From Nitrososphaerota archaeon (GTDB lineage: Archaea > Thermoproteota > Nitrososphaeria_A > Caldarchaeales > Calditenuaceae), in assembly GCA_038845265.1 (NCBI GenBank), contig JAWBQR010000010.1:1-39130 (forward strand): a DNA stretch of 39,130 nt. Reading direction: 5' to 3'. The translations under genes were made by a program, and so were the position numbers. Shown piece after piece: positions 26,706-35,339 of this stretch (position 1 is the stretch's first letter; each line of letters opens with the position of its first letter). Under the pieces are notes generated by a model, which saw nothing but the letters and a program-made list of their open reading frames with translations, did not search any database and was not told the origin of the DNA.

Positions 26706-28093
26706 CCTCTCTGCCTTACGTATTTGTAGTGTTTTCCGAATATATCTTCAGGCGTCTTCTCAGCCTCCTCAGGCTCGACGTAGATATCCATGAGGGAGCC
26801 TGGCTCAAGCGTTTTCCCAGCATCTCCGAGCCATTTCCTCTCGAGGAGATACCTCATGCTCCACCTAACTTCCCTTGCATCTACCTCGCTTATAAGCGGC
26901 TCGAAGAATCCGAGCGCTATTATTTTGACTGCCTCTTCCCTCGGTACTCCCCTAGTCATCATGTACCAGACTTGTTCCGGGTCTATCTGTGATACGCTCG
27001 CCGAGTGTGTTGCTCTTACCTCGTTGCACTCTATTTCCAGTCCTGGGATTGCCTCTGCCCTCGACTCGCTGCTCAGGAGCATCGCGTGTTCGGCTAGGTA
27101 AGCCACGGAGTTTTTTGCTCTTCTCTCAATTCTGATTATTCCCTTGAGTAGGGCCTTTGATCTCTGCATCGCTGCGGCCTTAGAGATGACTCTCCCAGTC
27201 GTTGATTCTGCCCTGTGGTGAAGATTGATTGTCGAGTCGAGTCTCTGGTCTCCAGATGTCATTGATGCTTCAAGTGTATCTGCCCTTGCTTCAGCACCAT
27301 CTAAGTAGTTGTCTATTCTTGTTCGTGTTAGTGAGCCTCCGAGCTGTATTCCTATCCATTTATGTGATGCATAGTTACCGACGAGTGAGCTTCTATAGGT
27401 CACTACTTCACTCTTCTCCGAGACGGCGTTTATGGTGACGTGTCTTATCTGAGATTCGGGCGCGTCGTATGTCTGTACTAGGTGTCCTAGAAATCCCGTC
27501 TCCTCGAGTCTGTATGAGTGGTATTCCTCGATGATTGATAGTCTTGTTCCTTCGCCCGCATAGACTATGGTGGCTGCTGAAGTTATTGGTCCATTGTTGC
27601 CCAATAGCCATATGCTTCTAATACTTACTGGTGAGTCGAGCCCGCTTGGCGCTATTACTAAGACGCCGCTGTTCAGCGAGGCATATATTAGTCCGAGTAA
27701 TTTGTCCTCTTCGGGACCCGAAGGCCCCTCAGTCAATGCCTGCTTTACGTAGCTCGGCTTCTTCCTCAGCGCCTCCTCTAGACTCATCAGTACTAATCCC
27801 TTCTCTGACAGCTTTGGTGGGACATGTGTCCTGACAGGCGAGGCATCCATATGGATGATTATTGGCTCATCGATGATTGATAAGAGGTCTGAATATTCGC
27901 TGGGGATGGAAGTATTACTTCGTGGCTCCGTGTTGCTGAGCAGCCACTCTGGGTCTAAGCTCAGCCGCTCATAGTTCTTCACGTAGAGCGGATTCTTCTC
28001 ATATGGCTGATCCAAGAAGGACTTTCTGCCGAGAAGACGAAGAGTAGATAGCCAGTCTGGCTCGTCCTCTAATATCTTTATCGCTCTGCCCAT
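26702..28093 (-). CDS. sufD: Fe-S cluster assembly protein SufD (SufBD family)
   Basis: Beta-helix core; AEAIPGLEIECNEVRATHSASVSQIDPEQVWYMMTRG has THSA, not the SufB-type HEA. Start probably ATG at 28093 (track gives 28120). Confidence 0.85.
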   Translation of the reverse strand: MGRAIKILEDEPDWLSTLRLLGRKSFLDQPYEKNPLYVKNYERLSLDPEWLLSNTEPRSNTSIPSEYSDLLSIIDEPIIIHMDASPVRTHVPPKLSEKGLVLMSLEEALRKKPSYVKQALTEGPSGPEEDKLLGLIYASLNSGVLVIAPSGLDSPVSIRSIWLLGNNGPITSAATIVYAGEGTRLSIIEEYHSYRLEETGFLGHLVQTYDAPESQIRHVTINAVSEKSEVVTYRSSLVGNYASHKWIGIQLGGSLTRTRIDNYLDGAEARADTLEASMTSGDQRLDSTINLHHRAESTTGRVISKAAAMQRSKALLKGIIRIERRAKNSVAYLAEHAMLLSSESRAEAIPGLEIECNEVRATHSASVSQIDPEQVWYMMTRGVPREEAVKIIALGFFEPLISEVDAREVRWSMRYLLERKWLGDAGKTLEPGSLMDIYVEPEEAEKTPEDIFGKHYKYVRQRG

Positions 28094-28162
28094 AAATGCA
28101 ATACCTTCTAAATAAAGCACGATTCACTTATTATGGATGATTATTTTACGCAAAAGCTAGGG

Positions 28163-28510
28163 TTAAGATTTCTCAATCTTTGCCTTTAGGAAGTCCGGTA
28201 TGACTCCTCGCTGTATTAGTTCAAATACCTGATTCTTTGTGAAGCGCCACCAGACATCTCCCCTGCTGTCGCTTTGAAAGTCCCATGGACTCACCAATAC
28301 GACGTCACCTTCTTTGATCCAGATTCTACGCTTCAGCTGTCCCCTAATCCTGCATAGCCTTTGCTTCCCATCTGCACAATCAACTATCAATTTATCGTAG
28401 CCAACCATCTTTGAGACCACTCCATAGACATCAGTAGGGCCTGGCTCAGGCATCTCCTCAAGCTCCTTGGGCTCGGCGATTATCTTTCGTTTACCCACGA
28501 ATAATACCAT
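28163..28510 (-). CDS. eif1a: Translation initiation factor aIF-1A
   Basis: CADGKQRLCRIRGQLKRRIWIKEGDVVLVSPWDFQ; the real start may be GTG at 28498. Confidence 0.96.
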   Translation of the reverse strand: MVLFVGKRKIIAEPKELEEMPEPGPTDVYGVVSKMVGYDKLIVDCADGKQRLCRIRGQLKRRIWIKEGDVVLVSPWDFQSDSRGDVWWRFTKNQVFELIQRGVIPDFLKAKIEKS

Positions 28511-28600
28511 GCAGACCGATCATTTATGTCTTTTCTAATCTGTCCATTGTTCAAACAATATGCATAATTGTTAAATCATAGCACGTCAAAGTAGATATAG

Positions 28601-28915
28601 ATGACTGAGGACGATGCTCCCTACTGGGTAAAGGTACACCACTCGGTGACTGGGGAAGTAATAGTAGCTGCATGCGACAAGGGACTACTAGGAAAGAAAA
28701 TCAGGATAAGCGAGAAGTTCGAGACAAGAGTATCTGAGGACTTCTACATGGGAAGGACAGCAAATTGGGAACACATAGCAAAACTAATAGAGACAGCGAC
28801 AATCATCAATCTACTTGGCGACGATATTGTCAATGCTGCAATCGAGGCGGGAATCGTTCCTGAAGGAGCAAGCAGCACTATTGGAGGAGTAAAACACGTC
28901 CAGCTAATTAAATGA
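28601..28915 (+). CDS. DUF424 family protein
   Basis: VIVAACDKGLLGK, SEDFYMG, ATIINLLG, IGGVKHVQ. Confidence 0.88.
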   Translation: MTEDDAPYWVKVHHSVTGEVIVAACDKGLLGKKIRISEKFETRVSEDFYMGRTANWEHIAKLIETATIINLLGDDIVNAAIEAGIVPEGASSTIGGVKHVQLIK

Positions 28916-28923
28916 AAAAATTA

Positions 28924-29607
28924 CTAAAGAACTCTATATTTCTGATATGCAGCTAGAAATTCGACGCCTCTTCTTATTGCTTCCCTGAAGCCAGACTCGC
29001 GTTCAACCTTTTCTTCCGCACGTCTCACCACCTCACTTACAATTTCTTTCGGAATAACAACGACACCGTCAAAGTCTCCGAAGATAAAGTCGCCAGGCGA
29101 GACCTTCACGCCTCCGCAGTATGTTGGGACCTCATATTCATCGAAATATACCCTGCCCTTTGAGTCTGCCGGTGTAAAGGCCCTTGCGAATACCTGGAAT
29201 GGCGGCTTTATCTCCCATATCTTAGGCACATCTCTTACTGCACCATCACTTACGCATCCAATCGCTCCTCTATGTCTAGCCGCGTTCGACATGAGTTCGC
29301 CCCACGAGGCTGCGTCCTTGGTGCCATGCGTAGCCACAACGACAACACATCCCCTATACATTGCCTGAAAGAACCTGGCCATCTTCTCTACGTCATGCTC
29401 TATCTTCTTGAATGATGCAAAGGTCGAGATTGTCAGAGTAAATGCTGGTCCAGCAATCTTAACGTCTGGATAGATAGGCCTAATCGATGAGTCCATTACT
29501 TGCCTCGTATATCCCATATCGTCGAGAATATCGGAGACCGCAGGTGTGTAGAGCCTCTTAAGCCTCTCAGATATTGCTAAAGCCTCCTCAATACTTATCG
29601 AGGTCAC
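28924..29607 (-). CDS. RraA/HMG-CHA aldolase family protein
   Basis: YTPAVSDILD, IAGPAFT, ASWGELMSNAA, SDGAVRD, VSPGDFIFGDFDGVVVIP. Confidence 0.9.
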   Translation of the reverse strand: MTSISIEEALAISERLKRLYTPAVSDILDDMGYTRQVMDSSIRPIYPDVKIAGPAFTLTISTFASFKKIEHDVEKMARFFQAMYRGCVVVVATHGTKDAASWGELMSNAARHRGAIGCVSDGAVRDVPKIWEIKPPFQVFARAFTPADSKGRVYFDEYEVPTYCGGVKVSPGDFIFGDFDGVVVIPKEIVSEVVRRAEEKVERESGFREAIRRGVEFLAAYQKYRVL

Positions 29608-29648
29608 GCATTATTCACCCCTTATTCCGTGCTTTAACCATTAATTAT

Positions 29649-30707
29649 CTAGAAGGGCTTATCAGTCCATCTCGAGGCGTTGGCCTCTATGACCCTGAAG
29701 GCATTCCTAAACGCGATTTTTTCGACATCGCTCTCAGAGAGTCCCCTGGTAAGGAGCTCAGTCCATAGGTTACTGAACTTGGTGATGTCTTCTAGGCCTC
29801 TCGGCTCCTCGACGTGCATTATTCCGAAGAAGTCTGTGCCGATTGCTAGGTTCTCGACGCCGAACTTCTGATAAACATACTGGATGTGGTCTGCGAGTGT
29901 CTTTACGTCTGCTGTCTTGCCTATGGTCGGCTCTATTAGCGTTATTCCCACCACGCCTCCATTCCTCCTTAGAGCCTCAAGCTCCTCATCATCTAGATTC
30001 CTAACATGTCTGTGGACAGAATTGATATTGGCGTGACTAACTATGGCTGGGAGCTTAGAGATACTCAAGGCCTCAAGAGTACTTCTCCTGCTGGCGTGAG
30101 CCAGATCAATTATTACTCCCAGCTCGTTGCATCTCTTTATCAGCTCCTCACCGTCTCCAGTCAATCCATAGTCGCGCTTCGACATGCAGGAGGCGGCGAA
30201 CTTGTTATCGAAGTTCCATGTGATCTGGAGGGACCTAACACCGAGCATGTAGAATAGCTCGATGTCCTCTATGTCTTCTAGGGGCTCTGAGCCTTCGATC
30301 GCTATTAGTAGCCATGTCCTGCCATCGCTGAGAATCCTCTCGAGATCGCTCTTCCTATAGAGAGGCGCCAAAGCGTCTGGATACGACGAAAATAGATTAT
30401 AGTATGTCTTTATGTGTTCTAGCGTTATTAGTGTGGGTGAGCGTATCCTCATTGCTCCTACCTTTACGCCGTAGCCCGAGGTCTGCTGCCCAAGCCTATA
30501 GGCATTCAGTGATGGAATTATATGGGCTATCGATGAGAAGATAATCTTTGCGTTCGCCCTCCTAAACTTTGGAATATCTCCATGCCTGCCTGGAAGGTCT
30601 ACACCGAAGTCCTCTGCCTTAAACTTCAGGCCATACCCTCCGAGAAAGTAGTAGAGCGAGATATCTTCATGCAGATCGATTAATGGAGGATTTAAATTCA
30701 TAAGCAA
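29649..30707 (-). CDS. Membrane dipeptidase family (M19) amidohydrolase
   Basis: IDLHED, AIEG, GLTGDGEELIKRCNELGVIIDLAH, VSHAN, HVRNL, IGTDFFG. Confidence 0.92.
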   Translation of the reverse strand: MLMNLNPPLIDLHEDISLYYFLGGYGLKFKAEDFGVDLPGRHGDIPKFRRANAKIIFSSIAHIIPSLNAYRLGQQTSGYGVKVGAMRIRSPTLITLEHIKTYYNLFSSYPDALAPLYRKSDLERILSDGRTWLLIAIEGSEPLEDIEDIELFYMLGVRSLQITWNFDNKFAASCMSKRDYGLTGDGEELIKRCNELGVIIDLAHASRRSTLEALSISKLPAIVSHANINSVHRHVRNLDDEELEALRRNGGVVGITLIEPTIGKTADVKTLADHIQYVYQKFGVENLAIGTDFFGIMHVEEPRGLEDITKFSNLWTELLTRGLSESDVEKIAFRNAFRVIEANASRWTDKPF

Positions 30708-30747
30708 TCAGAAAAAATATCGATTTTGATGTTTTTAAATCTTATCC

Positions 30748-31950
30748 TTAAGCTCTGCTGAGGACTGAGACGAAGACCTGAGCCGCTACCTCTGCTCCCT
30801 CAGCCACGAATCCTAAATCACGCAGCGCCGAGCTGATCGCCATTATTGTCGGGAGTAGATACTTTGCGGATGCAGTGGTGCCCATGTGTCCCACCCTGAT
30901 CATCCTTCCACTCAGGGGGCCTAGGCCTCCTCCAATCATTATCCTGTGATTTGAAAGAAGACGGCTCATTATTTCCTTTGAGCGCCCGTCAAGTTGGGGA
31001 GGCATCCTAGCTGCCGTTACGGTCGGTGAGGCGTACTTCTCATCCTTAGCGAGTGGTGGTAGGCCAAGCTGGTTCAGCGCCGCCCTCGTCGCCGCCGCCA
31101 CTCTTCTATGCCTCTCATATCTCTTCTCGAGCCCCTCATCAAGTGCTGCCTGGCCAGTCACCTTCAGCGCGAGCACCGAGTAGGTATTGATAGTGGTGGG
31201 GAATGGATGCCCCATCTCGCTCCACTCGGAGATATAGTGCCTCCAGACCTTTAGGTTCGTGAACCATGTGCCGGGATTCACGAGTCCCTTCTCAACCCTG
31301 CTCCAGACCTCGCTGCTTATTGCAACTGGCACAGCGCTTGGAATGCTGCTTAGACACTTGTTTGGATACCCGATGCAGAAGTCTATGCCCCAGCCGTCGA
31401 CGTCGAGCTCAACTCCTCCGAAAGCCGAGATCGAGTCCACAAGCGTCAAGAGCCCATACTTCTTCGCTATCCTCATGTATTCGGGAATTGGGTTGAGGAT
31501 TCCTGTGGAGGACTCGTTCTGAACGACGAGGAGGGCCCTTACGTCCTTGTTACTGTCCAGTACGGCTTTGAGCTGCTCCGGGGAGACCACGTCTCCCATC
31601 TCAGCCCTCACCGGAATCGCCTTTCTTCCGCAGTGCTCTGAGAGCTCAGTCAGCCTGTTGCCGAAGAAGCCATTATCAATCGTGACCACTTTCTCGCCCG
31701 GATTCGCGAGGTTAACTATGCCCATCTCAATCGCGAGGCTCCCCGGCGTCGCCAGTATTATTACCTCCGATTTTGTCTTGAAGATCTTCTTCATGATCTC
31801 TGTCGTCTCGCTGTATATCTTTCCCCACTCTGCGCCGTAGTGCGGATAGAATCTTCCACCGAGGACTTGTCTTACCTTTGGGTCGAGCTCGACAGGGCCT
31901 GGAATCATGAGTAATGGGTCTTCTCCCCAGACGAAGTAATTGCTACTCAT
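30748..31950 (-). CDS. Class V PLP aminotransferase (alanine-glyoxylate/serine-pyruvate family)
   Basis: LMIPGP, NGFFG.R, NESSTG, VDSISAFGG, PLP lysine in GYPNKCL, IRVGHMG. Confidence 0.92.
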   Translation of the reverse strand: MSSNYFVWGEDPLLMIPGPVELDPKVRQVLGGRFYPHYGAEWGKIYSETTEIMKKIFKTKSEVIILATPGSLAIEMGIVNLANPGEKVVTIDNGFFGNRLTELSEHCGRKAIPVRAEMGDVVSPEQLKAVLDSNKDVRALLVVQNESSTGILNPIPEYMRIAKKYGLLTLVDSISAFGGVELDVDGWGIDFCIGYPNKCLSSIPSAVPVAISSEVWSRVEKGLVNPGTWFTNLKVWRHYISEWSEMGHPFPTTINTYSVLALKVTGQAALDEGLEKRYERHRRVAAATRAALNQLGLPPLAKDEKYASPTVTAARMPPQLDGRSKEIMSRLLSNHRIMIGGGLGPLSGRMIRVGHMGTTASAKYLLPTIMAISSALRDLGFVAEGAEVAAQVFVSVLSRA

Positions 31951-31994
31951 GGTCCAGAATCATCCCCGCCACGTAATAAACCATGCATCACTCT

Positions 31995-32963
31995 TCACGT
32001 CAGGTCTGAGAGATCGAGTCTGCCTTCCCTCTTTAGTTTCTCGAAGAAGGTGGCAGTCTCTAGGAATCCGTCGCGTGGATGCGTCTTTCTCAGCGGCCCC
32101 AAGTCTCTCTCAGCCGCTGAGTCGTCTAGGTCTGTTGCGAGTGCTAGTGGTGTTGGGTCGTAGGTGAGCTTGCCGCGCACGTTTGGGAAGAGCTCCTCTA
32201 TTAGCTTGATGATGTCTGCTACGTGCATGATTGCTCCCCTGACGTTGTATACCCTTGCGCCCTTGAGCTCTCTCATCGCTGCAGTTACGAAGAGATAAGC
32301 GATGTCCCTGATGTATTGTATGTCTACTACGCCTCCAAACTTTATCTTGAATGGCATGTCTGCTACTGCTGCCTTTATTGCACGTGTTATGTCTGCTGTT
32401 GCTCCTACATCTCTTCCGAATCCATAGACGACGTATGGCCTGAATGTTGCGCTTGGTATGCCCTCCTCATGCCAGTATACATTTGCGCAGAGCTCGTTGC
32501 ATACCTTGAATGCGCCGTAGTGAGTGACTGGTCTTAGTGGAACGTCCTCAGGTATTGGCTTGACCTTATAGTGCTCAGGAGGACTGAGCGCGGCGATTGA
32601 ACTCGCATAGACAACCATTCTTATCTTGTCCTTATGCTTCTTGGCGGCCTCAAAGACTCTAAGCGTGCCTATGACGTTAATCTTTGCACCGGTTATAGGG
32701 TCTTTCCGACATGCAGGTATCTGGAGAGCAGCTAAATGTATTATCCTATCGACACCATACTTCTCTATTGCGTTCTCGATTACTCCCTCAGCCGTTATGT
32801 CGCCCTCGATGAATGGAAGAGACCTAGCCTCTGGCACGACCCAGTCAATTCTTGAGTAGTCCCTCTTTATATCAAGCAGAACTACCTTTTCACCCATATC
32901 TAGTAATTCACGAATTATCCACGACCCGAAAAATCCTGCAGCGCCCGTAATAAGAACTACCAA
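31995..32963 (-). CDS. NAD-dependent epimerase/dehydratase (extended SDR)
   Basis: ITGAAGFFG, IIHLAA, NVIGT, YASS, YGAFK (YxxxK), RPYVVYGFG. Confidence 0.92.
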   Translation of the reverse strand: MVVLITGAAGFFGSWIIRELLDMGEKVVLLDIKRDYSRIDWVVPEARSLPFIEGDITAEGVIENAIEKYGVDRIIHLAALQIPACRKDPITGAKINVIGTLRVFEAAKKHKDKIRMVVYASSIAALSPPEHYKVKPIPEDVPLRPVTHYGAFKVCNELCANVYWHEEGIPSATFRPYVVYGFGRDVGATADITRAIKAAVADMPFKIKFGGVVDIQYIRDIAYLFVTAAMRELKGARVYNVRGAIMHVADIIKLIEELFPNVRGKLTYDPTPLALATDLDDSAAERDLGPLRKTHPRDGFLETATFFEKLKREGRLDLSDLT

Positions 32964-32991
32964 GACAGACCACTCATCTATAAGAAATCAA

Positions 32992-33008
32992 TTCTATTAT
33001 TTATAGAA
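32992..33008. promoter_or_regulatory. Inverted repeat TTCTAT-N5-ATAGAA, candidate operator of the SDR-aminotransferase cluster
   Basis: Perfect 6-5-6 palindrome 29-45 nt upstream of the SDR start, next to a TTATA box on the minus strand. Confidence 0.4.
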
Positions 33009-33114
33009 ATATTGTTCTGCGATTGGGAGAGATGCTCTAATATTTCTCAGCAGGTCGATTTGGATAGTCAAATATTTTTAAGCCACGAACTTGTGGATTA
33101 ACATAGGATTTTGG

Positions 33115-34992
33115 ATGTATGCAGTGATCATTGCTGCTGGCAAAGCTACCCGAATGTCTCCACACTCCTTTATCACTCCTAAATCATTCATGGAGCTTGA
33201 GTCTAATCTACCTGTTATAAGGTTCATTATCGAGCAGCTCCAGAGGGTCGGTATAAATGACATGGTATTAGTCGTTAGGAAAGAGTCTTCTAGCCACTTC
33301 AAGAAACTGAGCGATGAAGTTAGGATCATAGAGATAGATTGCGAAGAGGAGTTTGGAAATCTTTATAGTGTTTTGATGGGCAGTAGGACAAGGAGCGGAG
33401 AATTCTTACTACTCATGTCTGACCACATATTTGAGCTTGAAATGGTTAGACGTATTTTAGATAAAGCTGAGAAGACTGATAAGGCATTTGTCCTCTGCCT
33501 AGATAGGAGACCCTCCCTCAAGGCGGCTGAAGAAGGATTAAAAATCCTAATCGATAGTGACAAAGTAGTAAGAGCTGGTAAGGACCTATTACCAGTCTAC
33601 GGCATAGACACTGGACTAATATGGTGTGGCCCAAGGGCGGCTTCCTACATAGAGGAAACAATTAAGAATTATGGAAAGAACTGCTCAATCAAAGATGCAT
33701 TGAACCTAGCAGTAGAGAAGAATGATGTTGATTATGTCGATGTTACCGGGCTCTTATGGCAGGATATAGACACGCTTGAGGACCTAGAGAAGGCGAGAGA
33801 AATTTACTGGGAAATTCTTAAAAGAGATATCACGAAGTCAAGTGATGGCCTAGTGAGCAGGTATATCAATAGACAGATCTCGACTAGGATATCCCTTCAG
33901 TTATATCGAGCAGGCATATTCATCAATCCAGACATAATATCCCTCGGGGGATTTATACTCGCCATTCTTGGAGGGCTCTCAATAATCTTTGGACATCTAG
34001 TCATAGGCGGATTAACAATTCAGGCCTCATCAATTATCGATGGAATCGATGGCGAAATTGCGCGTCTCTTCAGAAAAAGTAGCAAGAGGGGAGGAATCAT
34101 CGACTTACTCTTAGACAGAATAGCAGATATCTTCATAGTGATGGCAATCGCTATTTCTTCATGGCCATTAGGAGTATTTGAAGGAGCACTATCATTGTTA
34201 GCAGCCGCAAACGTAGTACTCGTCAACTATTCCACCCAATTGCTGCAAACAGGTGGAATAAAGATAGATGCGCTAAGAAAGATTCCAGTGACTAGGGATG
34301 TAAGACTATTAGTGGTAGCTCTGTGCTGCATCGCTGGATACCCATCCATCTCGATCTACTACCTCGCATTCATGCCATTAATCTATATCGCTGCTGGATG
34401 CATATTACTATTAAAAATGCATGAAGAAAAACGTGGATTCATTTATAGAAAGAAGATGTGGAGTATCTGGCCGTATATACCTATCGGCATCGGTGTAAGA
34501 GCAGCAGTCAACTCAGTCGTCCAGAACGGTTTAAGACTCTTATTCGTCCTGCTCATCACTCATCTACTGCTACCACCATTCTCGGACATAGTAATACTGC
34601 AAAAACCGGTAGAACTGACCCTAGGCATCTTCATACCAATAATTGAGGCATCCCTAATAATCTATCTAGGCTCCAAAATCTTAATCTCTAGCGGAGTACT
34701 AATTGAGTATATTTCCCTCCGCCTAGTCAAAAGGCTCAGAATCACAGTTACGCTAATAAGAGAAATCATAAAAGATTTCTCATACCTAATCTTCGCAACA
34801 ATCATGTGGAGCTACTCATGGCATTTCGCAGAAATCCCAATAATCGGCCCATACATAATTAAACTAACTACACCACTAATCTCGGTCGTAATCATTTACA
34901 TGGTCTACAGAATCACAAAAAGAATCTACAATACATACCGCGAGATATTGGAGGACAGGGCAAGACAGATAGAGAGCAAATTCCAACCATAA
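33115..34992 (+). CDS. Bifunctional IPCT/DIPPS (inositol-1-phosphate cytidylyltransferase / di-myo-inositol-phosphate phosphate synthase) with additional C-terminal membrane domain
   Basis: IIAAGKATRM..PK, GNLYS, LLMSDH, IDTG, WQDIDT.EDL (NTP transferase); DGLVSRYINR and DGIDGEIAR..GGIIDLLLDRIAD (CDP-alcohol phosphotransferase). ATG at 33115 preferred over 33091. Confidence 0.88.
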   Translation: MYAVIIAAGKATRMSPHSFITPKSFMELESNLPVIRFIIEQLQRVGINDMVLVVRKESSSHFKKLSDEVRIIEIDCEEEFGNLYSVLMGSRTRSGEFLLLMSDHIFELEMVRRILDKAEKTDKAFVLCLDRRPSLKAAEEGLKILIDSDKVVRAGKDLLPVYGIDTGLIWCGPRAASYIEETIKNYGKNCSIKDALNLAVEKNDVDYVDVTGLLWQDIDTLEDLEKAREIYWEILKRDITKSSDGLVSRYINRQISTRISLQLYRAGIFINPDIISLGGFILAILGGLSIIFGHLVIGGLTIQASSIIDGIDGEIARLFRKSSKRGGIIDLLLDRIADIFIVMAIAISSWPLGVFEGALSLLAAANVVLVNYSTQLLQTGGIKIDALRKIPVTRDVRLLVVALCCIAGYPSISIYYLAFMPLIYIAAGCILLLKMHEEKRGFIYRKKMWSIWPYIPIGIGVRAAVNSVVQNGLRLLFVLLITHLLLPPFSDIVILQKPVELTLGIFIPIIEASLIIYLGSKILISSGVLIEYISLRLVKRLRITVTLIREIIKDFSYLIFATIMWSYSWHFAEIPIIGPYIIKLTTPLISVVIIYMVYRITKRIYNTYREILEDRARQIESKFQP

Positions 34993-35240
34993 TACAAATT
35001 CAGACCATGGAAAATAATTATTTAATTAAATACATCAGACTATATTTAAACTACTAATACAAAAATTTACAACAGGAATGAATGCATAATAAACAAGGAA
35101 GAAATAAAAGAACTCCAAGCATGCCTTACTTTGAAACCTATGGAAAAATACTAGAAGTGTTAAGCAATTTTCAACAAAAATTACCGATGCTTAACGCTCA
35201 AAACCAGCCATCAACTTCCTCGATCCCTAAAAGTAATGAA

Positions 35241-35312
35241 TGGACCGGGCGGGATTCGAACCCGCGGCCTCCCGCGTGCAAGGCGGGCGATCTACCACTG
35301 ATCTACCGGCCC
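35241..35312 (-). tRNA. tRNA-Ala (UGC), intronless, CCA not encoded
   Basis: GGGCCGG TA GATC AGTGGTA GATC G CCCGC CT-TGC-AC GCGGG AGGCC GCGGG TTCGAAT CCCGC CCGGTCC A; full cloverleaf with the G3:U70 identity pair. Confidence 0.98.
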
Positions 35313-35339
35313 ACTGCTTTAATAAGAATCCAGTCCTTC

